In this document: positions 1 through 8,730 of the stretch, piece after piece
Layout: every line of letters begins with the position of its first letter
Position numbering within the stretch: the stretch's first letter is position 1
DNA from: Acidobacteriaceae bacterium
GTDB taxonomy: Bacteria; Acidobacteriota; Terriglobia; Terriglobales; Acidobacteriaceae
Length of the DNA: 64,000 nucleotides
NCBI GenBank assembly: GCA_965276625.1
Contig: CBDIBB010000003.1
Span: 1,270,174-1,334,173, forward strand
Reading direction: 5' to 3'
Notes under the pieces: generated by a model
The model's input: only the letters and a program-made list of their open reading frames with translations
The model's database searches: none
What the model was told of the DNA's origin: nothing
Made by a program: the position numbers and the translations under genes

Positions 1-1469
1 CGCTCCGATGCCGCGGCGCGCACCGTCGCCTGCGCCTCGCGCAAAATATCCAGCGGGCGAATTTGCTCGGTCCGCAGCGCGCGGCGGCCGCTGTCCAGCT
101 CCGCCACCGCGAACAGGTCCTGCATCAGGTCGTCCAGGTGCTGCGCCTCGTTCTGCGCGCCTTCCACCACGTCGGCCTGCAGCGGGCGTAGCTCCCCGGC
201 ATACCCGCGCGCCAGCGCATAAATAGCGACGCGCAGCTTCTCGAGCGGGTCGCGCAGCCGCTGCGACGCAATCGCCAGAAAGCGCGTCTTGAAGCGGTCG
301 ACGGCCTGCAGTTCCGTCACATCTTCAAGCACCGTCACCGCGCCCAGCATGTGGCCTTCCTTGTCGCGCATCGGCGTCGTGCGCAGCCTAAAGTTCTTCT
401 GGCCTTCCCCGAAGCGCAGCGGCGCAATCGCCGAGTCGCCCTCGCCGCTCACCGTGCGCTGCAGCGAAATCGCGGTCTGAATAGCCTGCAGTATCTGGTC
501 GCCGCCGGGCGTCGAGGTCAGCGCCATGCGGTCCTTCGATGCGGCTTCCCCCAGCAACTCGCGCGCCGCGCCGTTCACCTTCAATATCTGTCCGCGCCCA
601 TCCGTCACAATCACCGGCTCAAAGATCGACTGCACCACCGCATCGCTCAGCTGGTACTCCATCTCGCGCCGGCCGCCCTCGGTCTCCCGCAGATCCCGCA
701 GCCGAATCGCAAGCCGGTTGAACTCCGTCGCCAGTACGCCCAGCTCATCGCTGCGCGGCCAGTCGATGCGCTGCTGCAGGTCCCCCTGGCCCATGCGGCG
801 TGCCGCGCGCGCCGCCACGCGCAGCGGGTAAATCACGTAGAACAGCATGGCCAGCACCAGCGCTGCCGCAGTCACAATACTCGCCCCGCAGGCGCCGATC
901 AGCCGCGCGCGCAGGCTCTCCCGCCGCAACGCCAGCTCCGCGTTCAGCCGGCTGCGGCGCTCGCGCAGCAGCTGCAGCTTGCGCATCAGGCTTTCATTGA
1001 TCGGCTCCAGCTCCCGGGCCGAGGCGGTCCGCGCCACCACGTCCGGCGGAACATGGTGCAGGCGCACCAGCACCCGCTGGTGCTGGGCCAGCTCAGCGTC
1101 CAGCGTGGGCGCGTCCGGCAACTCCCCCAGCGCCTGTCTGGCCGTCAGCAGGCGGTCTTCCGCGCGCTCGCTCTGCCCGTGGATCGCGCCTTCTCCTGGC
1201 GCGGGCGCCAGCGCGACCGGCACATGCGCGGCCACCGGCGCCTGCCCGTCGATCGGCAGGTGTAGCAGCGAGCGCTCCACCAGGATCTGCTCCCGCGCCA
1301 GCGATCCCTGCGCCGCGGCTACCGCCCCCACCGCCGCATCCATGCGCTTCTGCTCGGTGTCGAGCGTGCTCAGCGCGACAAACGACCCGCGCACAAGGAA
1401 GCTCAGCCCTGTGACCAGGGCAAACAGCAGCAGCCCTCCGAGAAGAAGTCGTTGAAAAATGCTCAGCAT
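1..1469 (-). CDS. Sensor histidine-kinase-like protein, N-terminal part (TM - HAMP - PAS - HisKA-like helix); runs off the left edge of the window
   Basis: Absent from the ORF track because it has no stop inside the window. Manual reverse-complement translation from ATG 1469-1467 gives MLSIFQRLLLGGLLLFALVTG (TM). A HAMP-like stretch follows: RMGQGDLQQRIDWPRSDELGVLATEFNRLAIRLRDL. Then a PAS-like block (VQSIFEPVIVTDGRGQILKVNGAARELLG ... GHMLGAVTVLEDVTELQAVDRFK) and an H-box-like helix FLAIASQRLRDPLEKL. The plus-strand ORFs over 8-1455 are Arg/Ala/Pro-rich shadows. Confidence 0.75.
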   Translation of the reverse strand, partial: MLSIFQRLLLGGLLLFALVTGLSFLVRGSFVALSTLDTEQKRMDAAVGAVAAAQGSLAREQILVERSLLHLPIDGQAPVAAHVPVALAPAPGEGAIHGQSERAEDRLLTARQALGELPDAPTLDAELAQHQRVLVRLHHVPPDVVARTASARELEPINESLMRKLQLLRERRSRLNAELALRRESLRARLIGACGASIVTAAALVLAMLFYVIYPLRVAARAARRMGQGDLQQRIDWPRSDELGVLATEFNRLAIRLRDLRETEGGRREMEYQLSDAVVQSIFEPVIVTDGRGQILKVNGAARELLGEAASKDRMALTSTPGGDQILQAIQTAISLQRTVSGEGDSAIAPLRFGEGQKNFRLRTTPMRDKEGHMLGAVTVLEDVTELQAVDRFKTRFLAIASQRLRDPLEKLRVAIYALARGYAGELRPLQADVVEGAQNEAQHLDDLMQDLFAVAELDSGRRALRTEQIRPLDILREAQATVRAAASE

Positions 1470-1515
1470 TTACGGCGTATGGGCCTTCTGGAACGGTCAG
1501 GAGCGGATGTGCGGG

Positions 1516-1773
1516 TTATGCCGCGGAGCTTTCCGGGTTCACGGTCCGGTCGCCGATGCCAGCCAGTAGACCTGCGATCGAAATGTCTTCGTCCAGCGCT
1601 TCCCAGTGCAGGCCGTGGCTGCTGATCCGCACCTGTCCCCGCTGTTCTGCCGTGCCGTGCAGCAGCCGGGGAAACCACGCCAGCGGCACCCCCAGAATCC
1701 TTCCGTCACTCAGATCGATCCACATGGAATCGGCATCGAACCGCACCCGCATAGCCCTATCGGAAAAACTCAT
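1516..1773 (-). CDS. DUF2442-family small protein
   Basis: ORF 1516..1902 trimmed to the internal ATG at 1773. MSFSDRAMRVRFDADSMWIDLSDGRILGVPLAWFPRLLHGTAEQRGQVRISSHGLHWEALDEDISIAGLLAG resembles DUF2442 proteins. It overlaps the upstream DUF4160 gene by 17 nt. Confidence 0.7.
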   Translation of the reverse strand: MSFSDRAMRVRFDADSMWIDLSDGRILGVPLAWFPRLLHGTAEQRGQVRISSHGLHWEALDEDISIAGLLAGIGDRTVNPESSAA

Positions 1774-1999
1774 TCCACGCCCTCTCAATCCGGATTCTGT
1801 TCGCGCCGACAATCCCCAGCAGCTCGCAAAGCGCACGCGCATCATAACCGTTATTGTAGGCCACGCGCACTTCAGGCTGTATCCAGAACTTCGCCTCGTC
1901 ATCGCCCTTCTCCGCGTGGATGTGGACCGGCTCGCGAGGAGACCCCTCGTTTGAGTAGAAGAAGAATTTAAAACCGAGAGAGCGAAAAACTACCGGCAT
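1757..1999 (-). CDS. DUF4160-family small protein
   Basis: 80 aa. MPVVFRSLGFKFFFYSNEGSPREPVHIHAEKGDDEAKFWI is the typical DUF4160 N-terminus (FxFYSNE..EPxHxH). Confidence 0.7.
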   Translation of the reverse strand: MPVVFRSLGFKFFFYSNEGSPREPVHIHAEKGDDEAKFWIQPEVRVAYNNGYDARALCELLGIVGANRIRIERAWNEFFR

Positions 2000-2097
2000 T
2001 GCCTCAACCTACAATCTTTGAAATCGCGACGTACGTCGGTATGTCGTGCAAGCAGGTACTTACAAGTTCACTGACGTACTCGTAGCAAGCAGTGATC

Positions 2098-3615
2098 CTA
2101 GCCGCCAAGCCTGCACACCCAGATACCACCCTGGTGATACGGGCAAGCAAGCCCCGCAACAGGCCGATCAAGCACTACCCAGTTCGCGCCGGACTCTTGC
2201 CGCAAATGCTCGAAGGCAGCCTTATCAAAATGCTCCCACCCGTCGAGCCGCTGCTGGTCCCGCTGCCACTCAGGCGTCAGCACGGGAAACATGGTGGCAA
2301 CGCCACTATCCTTGTAAAAGTCCGCAAGCCTGCTGCGCTCGGCGACTGCCCTGAAGCCGTGCTCATCTTCCTTGTCCAACTTGAAATAAGCAGGGTCGAG
2401 CGCGAAGAGGGCATCGGTCGGTGTGTTGGCGCGGATCCAGTAGAAGGCGGCTAGCCACGGGCTCTTGCCCGGTCGTCCAGGGAGCTCGATGTGCGGACTG
2501 GATGGATAAATCCTGAGATTAAGAACAAACATGCCGACGGCGAGTGGAACAAAGAGAGCCAGCCATCGCCAGAGCCGGTTGCGAAGAAGATACTCGGCCA
2601 GCAGCCCGCCTATCATCAGGAAGAAGACAAGATAGATCAGGTCGAAGGACCGCATCGGCTGCAATCGTTCGAGACTGTCGAAGCGCGTGCTTGTCGAGAA
2701 TAGAATCGCCACGGCAGTCGAGAAAAGCCCGAAAGCGACAAGAGCGCCGCACACCTTTTCAAAAATGGGCGTCACTCCCCGGAGCTTCATCCGGGTGCAG
2801 GCGAACAGCATTCCCATTGGAGCGAGAGCGCCTACCCACTCGTACCAGTGCCAGACCGATACGAAGAAGAAGGTTCGGGAGTAGAGCAGGTTGCGATATT
2901 CGCCGGTGGCGGGCCGGAGAGAAAAGCTCCTCAGCAGCGAGGTGAACGGGATGAATGCTGCGCGCGCTGAAACTGGCCCGCTGAATACGCGGCTTTGCCA
3001 TCGATCCAGAGGCAGCATGAGGAACCCGATCAGCCCCACCGTATAAACGACCATCTGCGGATGGACCAGGCCGGTCAGGAACAGCCACAACACCACGCTC
3101 GCCCTGCCGCCCCGCAGGAACGACGCCAGCGTCAGCAGCGAGAGCGGCGTCGAGAGCGAGCGAGCGGTCAGATACGGGTCGGCGATCACCAGTGCGGTGC
3201 CGGCCACCGGGACCGAAAGCGTCAACGCGAGTGTGCCGACCGCGGCCCAGATCGCCCGCTTGTTCGTGAACAGCGCACCCGCCATGCGCCAGCCTGCGAA
3301 TACCAGCAGAAAGACTCCCACAAAATGCCACAGGAGAATGGCGCTATCGGCATGCATGTGCAGCAGCAGTGCAGAGCGCCCGACGATCAGCGCGAGATGT
3401 GCATACCGCGCGTGCATCAGGAAGAACTCCGCGCCCACCGGATACAGATGTGGCTCGATAATCTGCTTGATGGCCGGGACGTAGATCTCACCATCGTCCG
3501 TGCCCAGGTGATAGCCCTGCACGAGCACGGCACCTATCGAGATCAGGAGGAGGAGCGGGAGGGTTGAACTATATTGTTTTCGTCTATCCAGGTGCGCGTG
3601 GCTCGGTTCCTTCAA
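2098..3615 (-). CDS. Polytopic integral membrane protein, possible GT-C-type glycosyltransferase
   Basis: 505 aa with many hydrophobic helices in the first ~380 aa and a soluble C-terminal domain. Its TTG start overlaps the stop of the upstream GT2 gene (TTGA at 3612-3615). Function is inferred from that partnership only. Confidence 0.55.
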   Translation of the reverse strand: MKEPSHAHLDRRKQYSSTLPLLLLISIGAVLVQGYHLGTDDGEIYVPAIKQIIEPHLYPVGAEFFLMHARYAHLALIVGRSALLLHMHADSAILLWHFVGVFLLVFAGWRMAGALFTNKRAIWAAVGTLALTLSVPVAGTALVIADPYLTARSLSTPLSLLTLASFLRGGRASVVLWLFLTGLVHPQMVVYTVGLIGFLMLPLDRWQSRVFSGPVSARAAFIPFTSLLRSFSLRPATGEYRNLLYSRTFFFVSVWHWYEWVGALAPMGMLFACTRMKLRGVTPIFEKVCGALVAFGLFSTAVAILFSTSTRFDSLERLQPMRSFDLIYLVFFLMIGGLLAEYLLRNRLWRWLALFVPLAVGMFVLNLRIYPSSPHIELPGRPGKSPWLAAFYWIRANTPTDALFALDPAYFKLDKEDEHGFRAVAERSRLADFYKDSGVATMFPVLTPEWQRDQQRLDGWEHFDKAAFEHLRQESGANWVVLDRPVAGLACPYHQGGIWVCRLGG

Positions 3616-4436
3616 GCATCACCACGCGCGGTTTGTCCGGCCACGCTGGAAGGCGTCGACGAAAGGTGGAGATTCGAGCCGATTCTGCTTTGCGGATCGT
3701 CCTGCAGAATGATCGGGTCGGCAAGGCCCCATTTCTTCAGGCGGTACTGGAGCGCCGTTTCGAGAACCCCGGCGCCGTAAACCATGCTCCGCTGGAAATT
3801 GATGGAAGACGCTTCCGGAAAATACTTCGTCGGGCAGGATATCTCCCCGACCCTGAAGCCGAAGTACATGCACTGAATCAGCATCTGATTATCGAAGATG
3901 AAGTCGTTCGAGCAGGTGCGAAGCGGTAAACGCTCAAGAACGCTTCGACTCCAGGCGCGATAACCCGTGTGATACTCCGACAGCTTCTGGTTGATCAGAA
4001 TGTTTTCCGCCAGCGTAAGCACACGGTTAAAAAAGTACTTGTAGCGAGGCATACCGCCGGCGAGCGCTCCCTTGCCCAGGATGCGCGACCCCAGCACGAC
4101 GTCGAACTCGTCATACGCAATCATCGCGGACATCGCCGAGATCAGGCGCGGCGTGTACTGATAGTCCGGGTGCAGCATGACGACAATATCCGCGCCACGG
4201 GCCAGCGCGGCGTTGTAGCACGTCTTCTGGTTCCCGCCATAGCCCCGGTTGGTGTCATGCCGGATCGTGTGAAGACCGAGCTCCGTCGCAAGCTCGGCTG
4301 TGCCGTCTGAGCTGGCGTCGTCCGTCAAAATGATGTCGTCGACTACTTCCATCGGAATATCGTTCACGGTCCGCCGCAGGGTGCGAACCGCGTTATATGC
4401 AGGAAGTACAACGGTGACGCAGCGTCCGTTCAGCAT
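3612..4436 (-). CDS. Family 2 glycosyltransferase (polyprenyl-phosphate sugar synthase-like)
   Basis: VTVVLPAYNAVRTLRRTV...ILTDDASSDGT...HPDYQYTP. This is the classical GT2 N-terminal Rossmann region with a DxD-type motif. Confidence 0.85.
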   Translation of the reverse strand: MLNGRCVTVVLPAYNAVRTLRRTVNDIPMEVVDDIILTDDASSDGTAELATELGLHTIRHDTNRGYGGNQKTCYNAALARGADIVVMLHPDYQYTPRLISAMSAMIAYDEFDVVLGSRILGKGALAGGMPRYKYFFNRVLTLAENILINQKLSEYHTGYRAWSRSVLERLPLRTCSNDFIFDNQMLIQCMYFGFRVGEISCPTKYFPEASSINFQRSMVYGAGVLETALQYRLKKWGLADPIILQDDPQSRIGSNLHLSSTPSSVAGQTARGDA

Positions 4437-4571
4437 TCGCGCTAATTGCTCCTTGGTCTACCACGTCAGCTTGCCGTCGTTCGATTGAGACTCATTGTGC
4501 TGGACCCATACTATACAAATCTTCCTGTCCTGTTTTCGACGAGCCCGGGGACAGGAACGGGCTTGATCCCG

Positions 4572-6380
4572 CTAACCCCGCTGATACCGCGCCAGCACAT
4601 CCTCAAGCGTCACCATCCCCTCCAGCGTCCCCTTACTCGCACGATTGCTGATTGGCAGCAGCGGCCAGCGCGAAAAGTGGCGCAGCGCCGTATCGAGCGG
4701 CAAATCCGGAAACAGCAGCGGTGTCCGTTCGCCCGGCAGCGCGCGTTCAAGCGTCGTCTCCCCCGGCTTCACCTGCACCAGCGTCACCAGCTCGTCAATG
4801 CCCAGCACGTACCAGTCGCCCGGGCCAACCTGCACAATCATCGCGCGAAGGTCCGGCCGCAGCGACAACTCCACCGCCGCCGTCTTCAGCGTCTCCGTGC
4901 CTTCGAGCAGCGGCACCCGCAGCGGCACCAGCGCGTCTTCCAGGTGCAGCCCCATCTCCTCGCGCTTCTCCTCCATCGAGGGCAGGTCGAGACCGTCCTG
5001 GTGCGTAAACAACTCAAAAATCGGCACCGGCTGCAGCGAGCGCGAGATAAGGTAAGCGATCGTATTCGCCAGGATCACCGGCAAAATAATGGAGTAATTG
5101 CCGCTGGTCTCAAGCACCATGAAGACCGAAGTCAACGGCGCCCGCAGAAACCCCGCGAACAGCACCCCCATGCCCACCAGCGCGTACGACCCCACAGCGC
5201 CCGAAGCATGGGGCAGTATCGTCTGCTCCACCGTACCCACCGCCGCGCCCAGCATCGTCCCCACAAACAGCGTCGGCGCGAACATGCCGCCCGGCGTCCC
5301 GCTTGAGAACGAAAGCGTTGTCGCCACTATCTTGAAAATCACCAGCGCCGCCAGAAACCCCCATGTAAACTGCCCGTGCAGCGCCTGGTCCATCACCTCG
5401 TACCCCGGCCCCATCACCTGCGGCAACCCGAAGTAGCCGATCAGCCCCACCAGCAGCCCGGCCACCGCCGGCTGGAACAGCTGTGCATTCTGGCTCATGC
5501 TGCGCAGCCTGGGCCGCAGCGTGCTCAGCGCCTTCGCGAACACAAACGCCGACAAACCGCCGATCACGCCCAGCACCGCATACGCCGTCAGCTCGCGCGG
5601 GTCGCGCAGCGGCGTCACTGAAGGTATGCGAAACATAGGCGCCGAACCCCAGAAAATCCGCGCCACTGAAACACTCGAAATCGCCGCCAGCACCACCGAG
5701 CCCAGCACCGCCGCGCTCCAGTACCCGATCACCTCTTCAATGACGAACAGAATTGCCGAAATCGGCGCATTGAACGCCGCCGCCAGCCCAGCCGCCGCGC
5801 CGATCGGCGCAAACAACCGCAGCGACTGCCGCGACAGCCGCAGCTTGCGCGCCACAATCGACGCCACCCCCGCGCCGATCTGCAGCGACGGGTCCTCCGG
5901 CCCCAGCGAGTGCCCGCACCCGATCGCAATCGACGCCGAAATAAACTTGCCAATCACCGTCTTGAACGAGATAAAGCCGTTATAGATGTAAAGCGCGGCC
6001 TTCGTCTGGTTCACCCCCGAACCGCGCGCCCCCGGAAACACCCAGCGCACCAGCCCCGCCACAAACAAGCCCGCCAGCGTCGGCACGATAAACAGCCGCG
6101 CCTCGTGCGCGTGCGGCGCCGAGCCCAGCGTCAGGATCTTGATCCACTCGATCGCCACCCGGAACGACACCACCAGCAGCCCGGAAAGCACGCCGATAAA
6201 AATCGACAGCACCAGGAACAGCCGCTCCTCACGCTTGGGCGCGAGGCGCTGCATGTCGAGCGCATCAGCGCTGTCCCGGTGCAGGTCCAGCGTCATCTGG
6301 TCCCCGGGGCTGATCGGTACCGTGCCGGTCGGGTTCTCCGCCGGCGCCTCGACAGACTCAAGCGGGCTTTCAGGCGTCAT
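4572..6380 (-). CDS. CLC-family chloride channel / H+-Cl- exchanger with C-terminal CBS pair
   Basis: Contains GSGVNQ, GPEDP and GGMFAPTLFVG, which are variants of the CLC selectivity motifs GSGIP, GxEGP and GxFxP. It has 10+ TM helices and a CBS-like C-terminus. The start is set at ATG 6380 (MTPESP), which overlaps the upstream stop as ATGA. Confidence 0.85.
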   Translation of the reverse strand: MTPESPLESVEAPAENPTGTVPISPGDQMTLDLHRDSADALDMQRLAPKREERLFLVLSIFIGVLSGLLVVSFRVAIEWIKILTLGSAPHAHEARLFIVPTLAGLFVAGLVRWVFPGARGSGVNQTKAALYIYNGFISFKTVIGKFISASIAIGCGHSLGPEDPSLQIGAGVASIVARKLRLSRQSLRLFAPIGAAAGLAAAFNAPISAILFVIEEVIGYWSAAVLGSVVLAAISSVSVARIFWGSAPMFRIPSVTPLRDPRELTAYAVLGVIGGLSAFVFAKALSTLRPRLRSMSQNAQLFQPAVAGLLVGLIGYFGLPQVMGPGYEVMDQALHGQFTWGFLAALVIFKIVATTLSFSSGTPGGMFAPTLFVGTMLGAAVGTVEQTILPHASGAVGSYALVGMGVLFAGFLRAPLTSVFMVLETSGNYSIILPVILANTIAYLISRSLQPVPIFELFTHQDGLDLPSMEEKREEMGLHLEDALVPLRVPLLEGTETLKTAAVELSLRPDLRAMIVQVGPGDWYVLGIDELVTLVQVKPGETTLERALPGERTPLLFPDLPLDTALRHFSRWPLLPISNRASKGTLEGMVTLEDVLARYQRG

Positions 6381-7741
6381 GGCTGCACCTCGACCTGCTC
6401 CGGCGCCTGTGCAATCTTCAGCAGCAAAGCATCGTCGCCCGTCGGCGCCCCGCACAGGTTTGCCGCCGTGCGCTCGGTCTCATACACCAGCGAAAGCGTG
6501 CTCTGCTCAAGCGCCGGGTCGGCCAGCATCTGCTGCTCCAGCGCGGGGCCTGTAGGGATCGGCGCCCAGCGCGCCATCAGCCCCGTCAGCGGATCGTTTG
6601 CCGCGGCCTGCCCGGGTACCGGGGCGGTGGGGTCGGGCTTCGGCGCCAGCGGGTTCAGCTTCTGCAGGCGCGCGGCCAGCGCGCCCAGCAGCGCTGCCCG
6701 CTGCTTGCCCTGGTCTGCGTCGCCCGGCGCAGGGGCTGCGGCCGGCGTGTCACCGGCATTGGCAGGGCACGCCAGCAAGCGCGCCTGCGCCAGCTTTGCC
6801 GCATTCGCTACGTGCCGCGCGCGCTCCCTCGGGCCCAGGCTCGAGGCAGGGAACAGCGCCAGCACGCCGTTCGCGGTATCGATCGAGGCGTGTATTCCAT
6901 CGCGAACAGCCTGCGGCTGGCGGCCAAAACCGGCATCGGCAGTGGCCTGCACCAGGTAGGTGCGGGCCGCCGCATACCGCCCCAGCGCCTCCGCCGCATT
7001 CGCCTGGCCCTCCAGCGCGTCCAGCCGCGTCACCTTTGCAGTGCCCGCTTTGCGGTACACATCGAGCGCGTCCGCCGCGTCGCCGGACTGCATCAGCAGC
7101 CCCCCCACCACAAGCTGCAGCGCATGGTTCTCCGGCCCGTTGCCCGCGGTAATCAGCAGCAGGCTTCTCGCTTCGCCCAGCCGGTGCTCTGCGATCAAAA
7201 AGCGCGACAGCTCCAGCCGAATCTCACGCCGCTGGGTAAACGCATCGCCGTTCCACGTCCCGTCAATCGCCGCTTCGTACGAATTAACCGCCGCCTGTGC
7301 ATCGCCCTGCCGGATCGCGAGCCGGGCAAGCTGCAGGTTGATGGCTCCGCTGCCGGGTTCGCTTTCAAGCAGGGTGCCGAAGTAGACTTTCGCTTCCTGT
7401 GTGCGTCCCGCAGCGGCCAGAGCCGTCGCCAGCTCGATCTGCAGCCCGCGATCGTCCGGCGCGTACGCCAGGGCAGAGTGCAGATCGTTCAGCGCCGCCA
7501 TCGGGTGCCCGGCGGCCAGCGCCGTCTCTCCGCGAACCCGCCAGCGTACCTGCAGCATCTGCCGGTGCGACGCAAACGAGTGAAACAGCCCGTACGTCAC
7601 GAACGACAGCACAATCACCAGCCCCGCCAGCGCGGCCAGGGCGAGGGTGTCGTGGAGAAAAATCCTGTGTTTTTCCCGCCGCTCCTCGGTGGAAAGCCGG
7701 GCGGTGGAAACTCTGGCGCTTGGTTGCAGCACGTGCCTCAA
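6377..7741 (-). CDS. Membrane-anchored TPR-repeat protein
   Basis: 454 aa with one N-terminal TM (LALAALAGLVIVLSFVTYGLF). Repeated A/L-rich TPR-like units follow (e.g. ALNDLHSALAYAPDDRGLQIELATALAAAGRTQEAKVYFGTLLE). Confidence 0.75.
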   Translation of the reverse strand: MRHVLQPSARVSTARLSTEERREKHRIFLHDTLALAALAGLVIVLSFVTYGLFHSFASHRQMLQVRWRVRGETALAAGHPMAALNDLHSALAYAPDDRGLQIELATALAAAGRTQEAKVYFGTLLESEPGSGAINLQLARLAIRQGDAQAAVNSYEAAIDGTWNGDAFTQRREIRLELSRFLIAEHRLGEARSLLLITAGNGPENHALQLVVGGLLMQSGDAADALDVYRKAGTAKVTRLDALEGQANAAEALGRYAAARTYLVQATADAGFGRQPQAVRDGIHASIDTANGVLALFPASSLGPRERARHVANAAKLAQARLLACPANAGDTPAAAPAPGDADQGKQRAALLGALAARLQKLNPLAPKPDPTAPVPGQAAANDPLTGLMARWAPIPTGPALEQQMLADPALEQSTLSLVYETERTAANLCGAPTGDDALLLKIAQAPEQVEVQP

Positions 7742-7846
7742 TCCTGTCTCTCTACTCTAACCGCAGCCGCGCCGCCCCAACGGCATCGGCCGACCATAGG
7801 TAACCGCGTCCGCCAACCGCACATCCCACCCGCGGAGGTTTTCCCC

Positions 7847-8713
7847 ATGGCATCGACAGTTTGGAAGGGCTACATCTCGTTCGGGCTCATCTCCGTGCCG
7901 GTGCGTATGTACGTCGCGGCGCGGGAAGAGCACATCGGCTTCAACCAGATTCACAAAACCTGCGGCACGCGCATCAAGCAGCAGCTCTACTGCCCGCTCG
8001 ACGAGCGCGTCGTCGAGCGCGACGAGATCGAGAAAGGCTACCCCGCCGGCGACGGTACCTACGTGCTGGTCTCGCCCAATGAGCTCAAGGCGCTCGAAGC
8101 CGAATCGTCTGAAACCATGGCTATCCAGCAGTTCGTCGAGCTCGACGAAGTCGACCCCATCTTCTACGAAACCTCCTACTACACGGTGGCTGAAGAGCCT
8201 GGCCGCCGGGCCTACGCGCTCATGATGCAGGCCATGCAGAAGCTTAGGCTCGGCGCCATCGCCAAGCTCACCCTGCACCAGCGCGAGCAGGTCGTCATCA
8301 TCCGGCCGTATGAGCACGGGCTCATCCTGCACACGCTCTACTATCCCGAAGAGGTCCGCGAAATTCCCGAGTACGGCGACCAGTCGCCGCTCGAGCTGCA
8401 GGATGCCGAGGTCAAGCTGGCCGAGCAGTTCATGGGCTCGCTGCGCGCGCCGTTCCATCCGGACGCCTTCCACAACACCTACCAGGAGCGCGTAGAGCAG
8501 CTCATCGAAAGCAAGGGCGCCGGCGACGGCGGCCCTGAGCCGCCAACAAAGAAGAAGCCCATGGCCCCCGTGATTAATTTGATGGACGCCCTGCGCGCAA
8601 GCCTAGCCAACAAGGGCATGACAGCATCCCAGCCTGCCGCAGAAAAAACAAAGACCGCCGCCGCCAAAAAATCAACACCAAAAACGGCCCCAAAACGCCG
8701 AAAAGCCAGCTAA
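7847..8713 (+). CDS. ku: Non-homologous end-joining protein Ku
   Basis: ORF 6812..8713 trimmed to ATG 7847, with GGAGG at 7834-7838. MASTVWKGYISFGLISVPVRMYVAAREEHIGFNQIHKTCGTRIKQQLYCP is the canonical bacterial Ku N-terminus. The C-terminus is a Lys-rich tail (KTKTAAAKKSTPKTAPKRRKAS). Confidence 0.93.
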   Translation: MASTVWKGYISFGLISVPVRMYVAAREEHIGFNQIHKTCGTRIKQQLYCPLDERVVERDEIEKGYPAGDGTYVLVSPNELKALEAESSETMAIQQFVELDEVDPIFYETSYYTVAEEPGRRAYALMMQAMQKLRLGAIAKLTLHQREQVVIIRPYEHGLILHTLYYPEEVREIPEYGDQSPLELQDAEVKLAEQFMGSLRAPFHPDAFHNTYQERVEQLIESKGAGDGGPEPPTKKKPMAPVINLMDALRASLANKGMTASQPAAEKTKTAAAKKSTPKTAPKRRKAS

Positions 8714-8730
8714 ACCGCAAAGACAAAAAC

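Noticed and set aside
351-1455. Long plus-strand ORFs (351..1265, 847..1455 and others) at the left edge
   Set aside because: Their composition is extremely Arg/Ala/Pro/Gln-rich with no motifs. They are antisense shadows of the HAMP-PAS kinase gene, which translates cleanly on the minus strand.
6812-7846. N-terminal 345 aa of the 633-aa ORF 6812..8713
   Set aside because: This part is an Arg/Pro-rich shadow antisense to the TPR gene. The Ku homology begins exactly at ATG 7847, which has a GGAGG SD.
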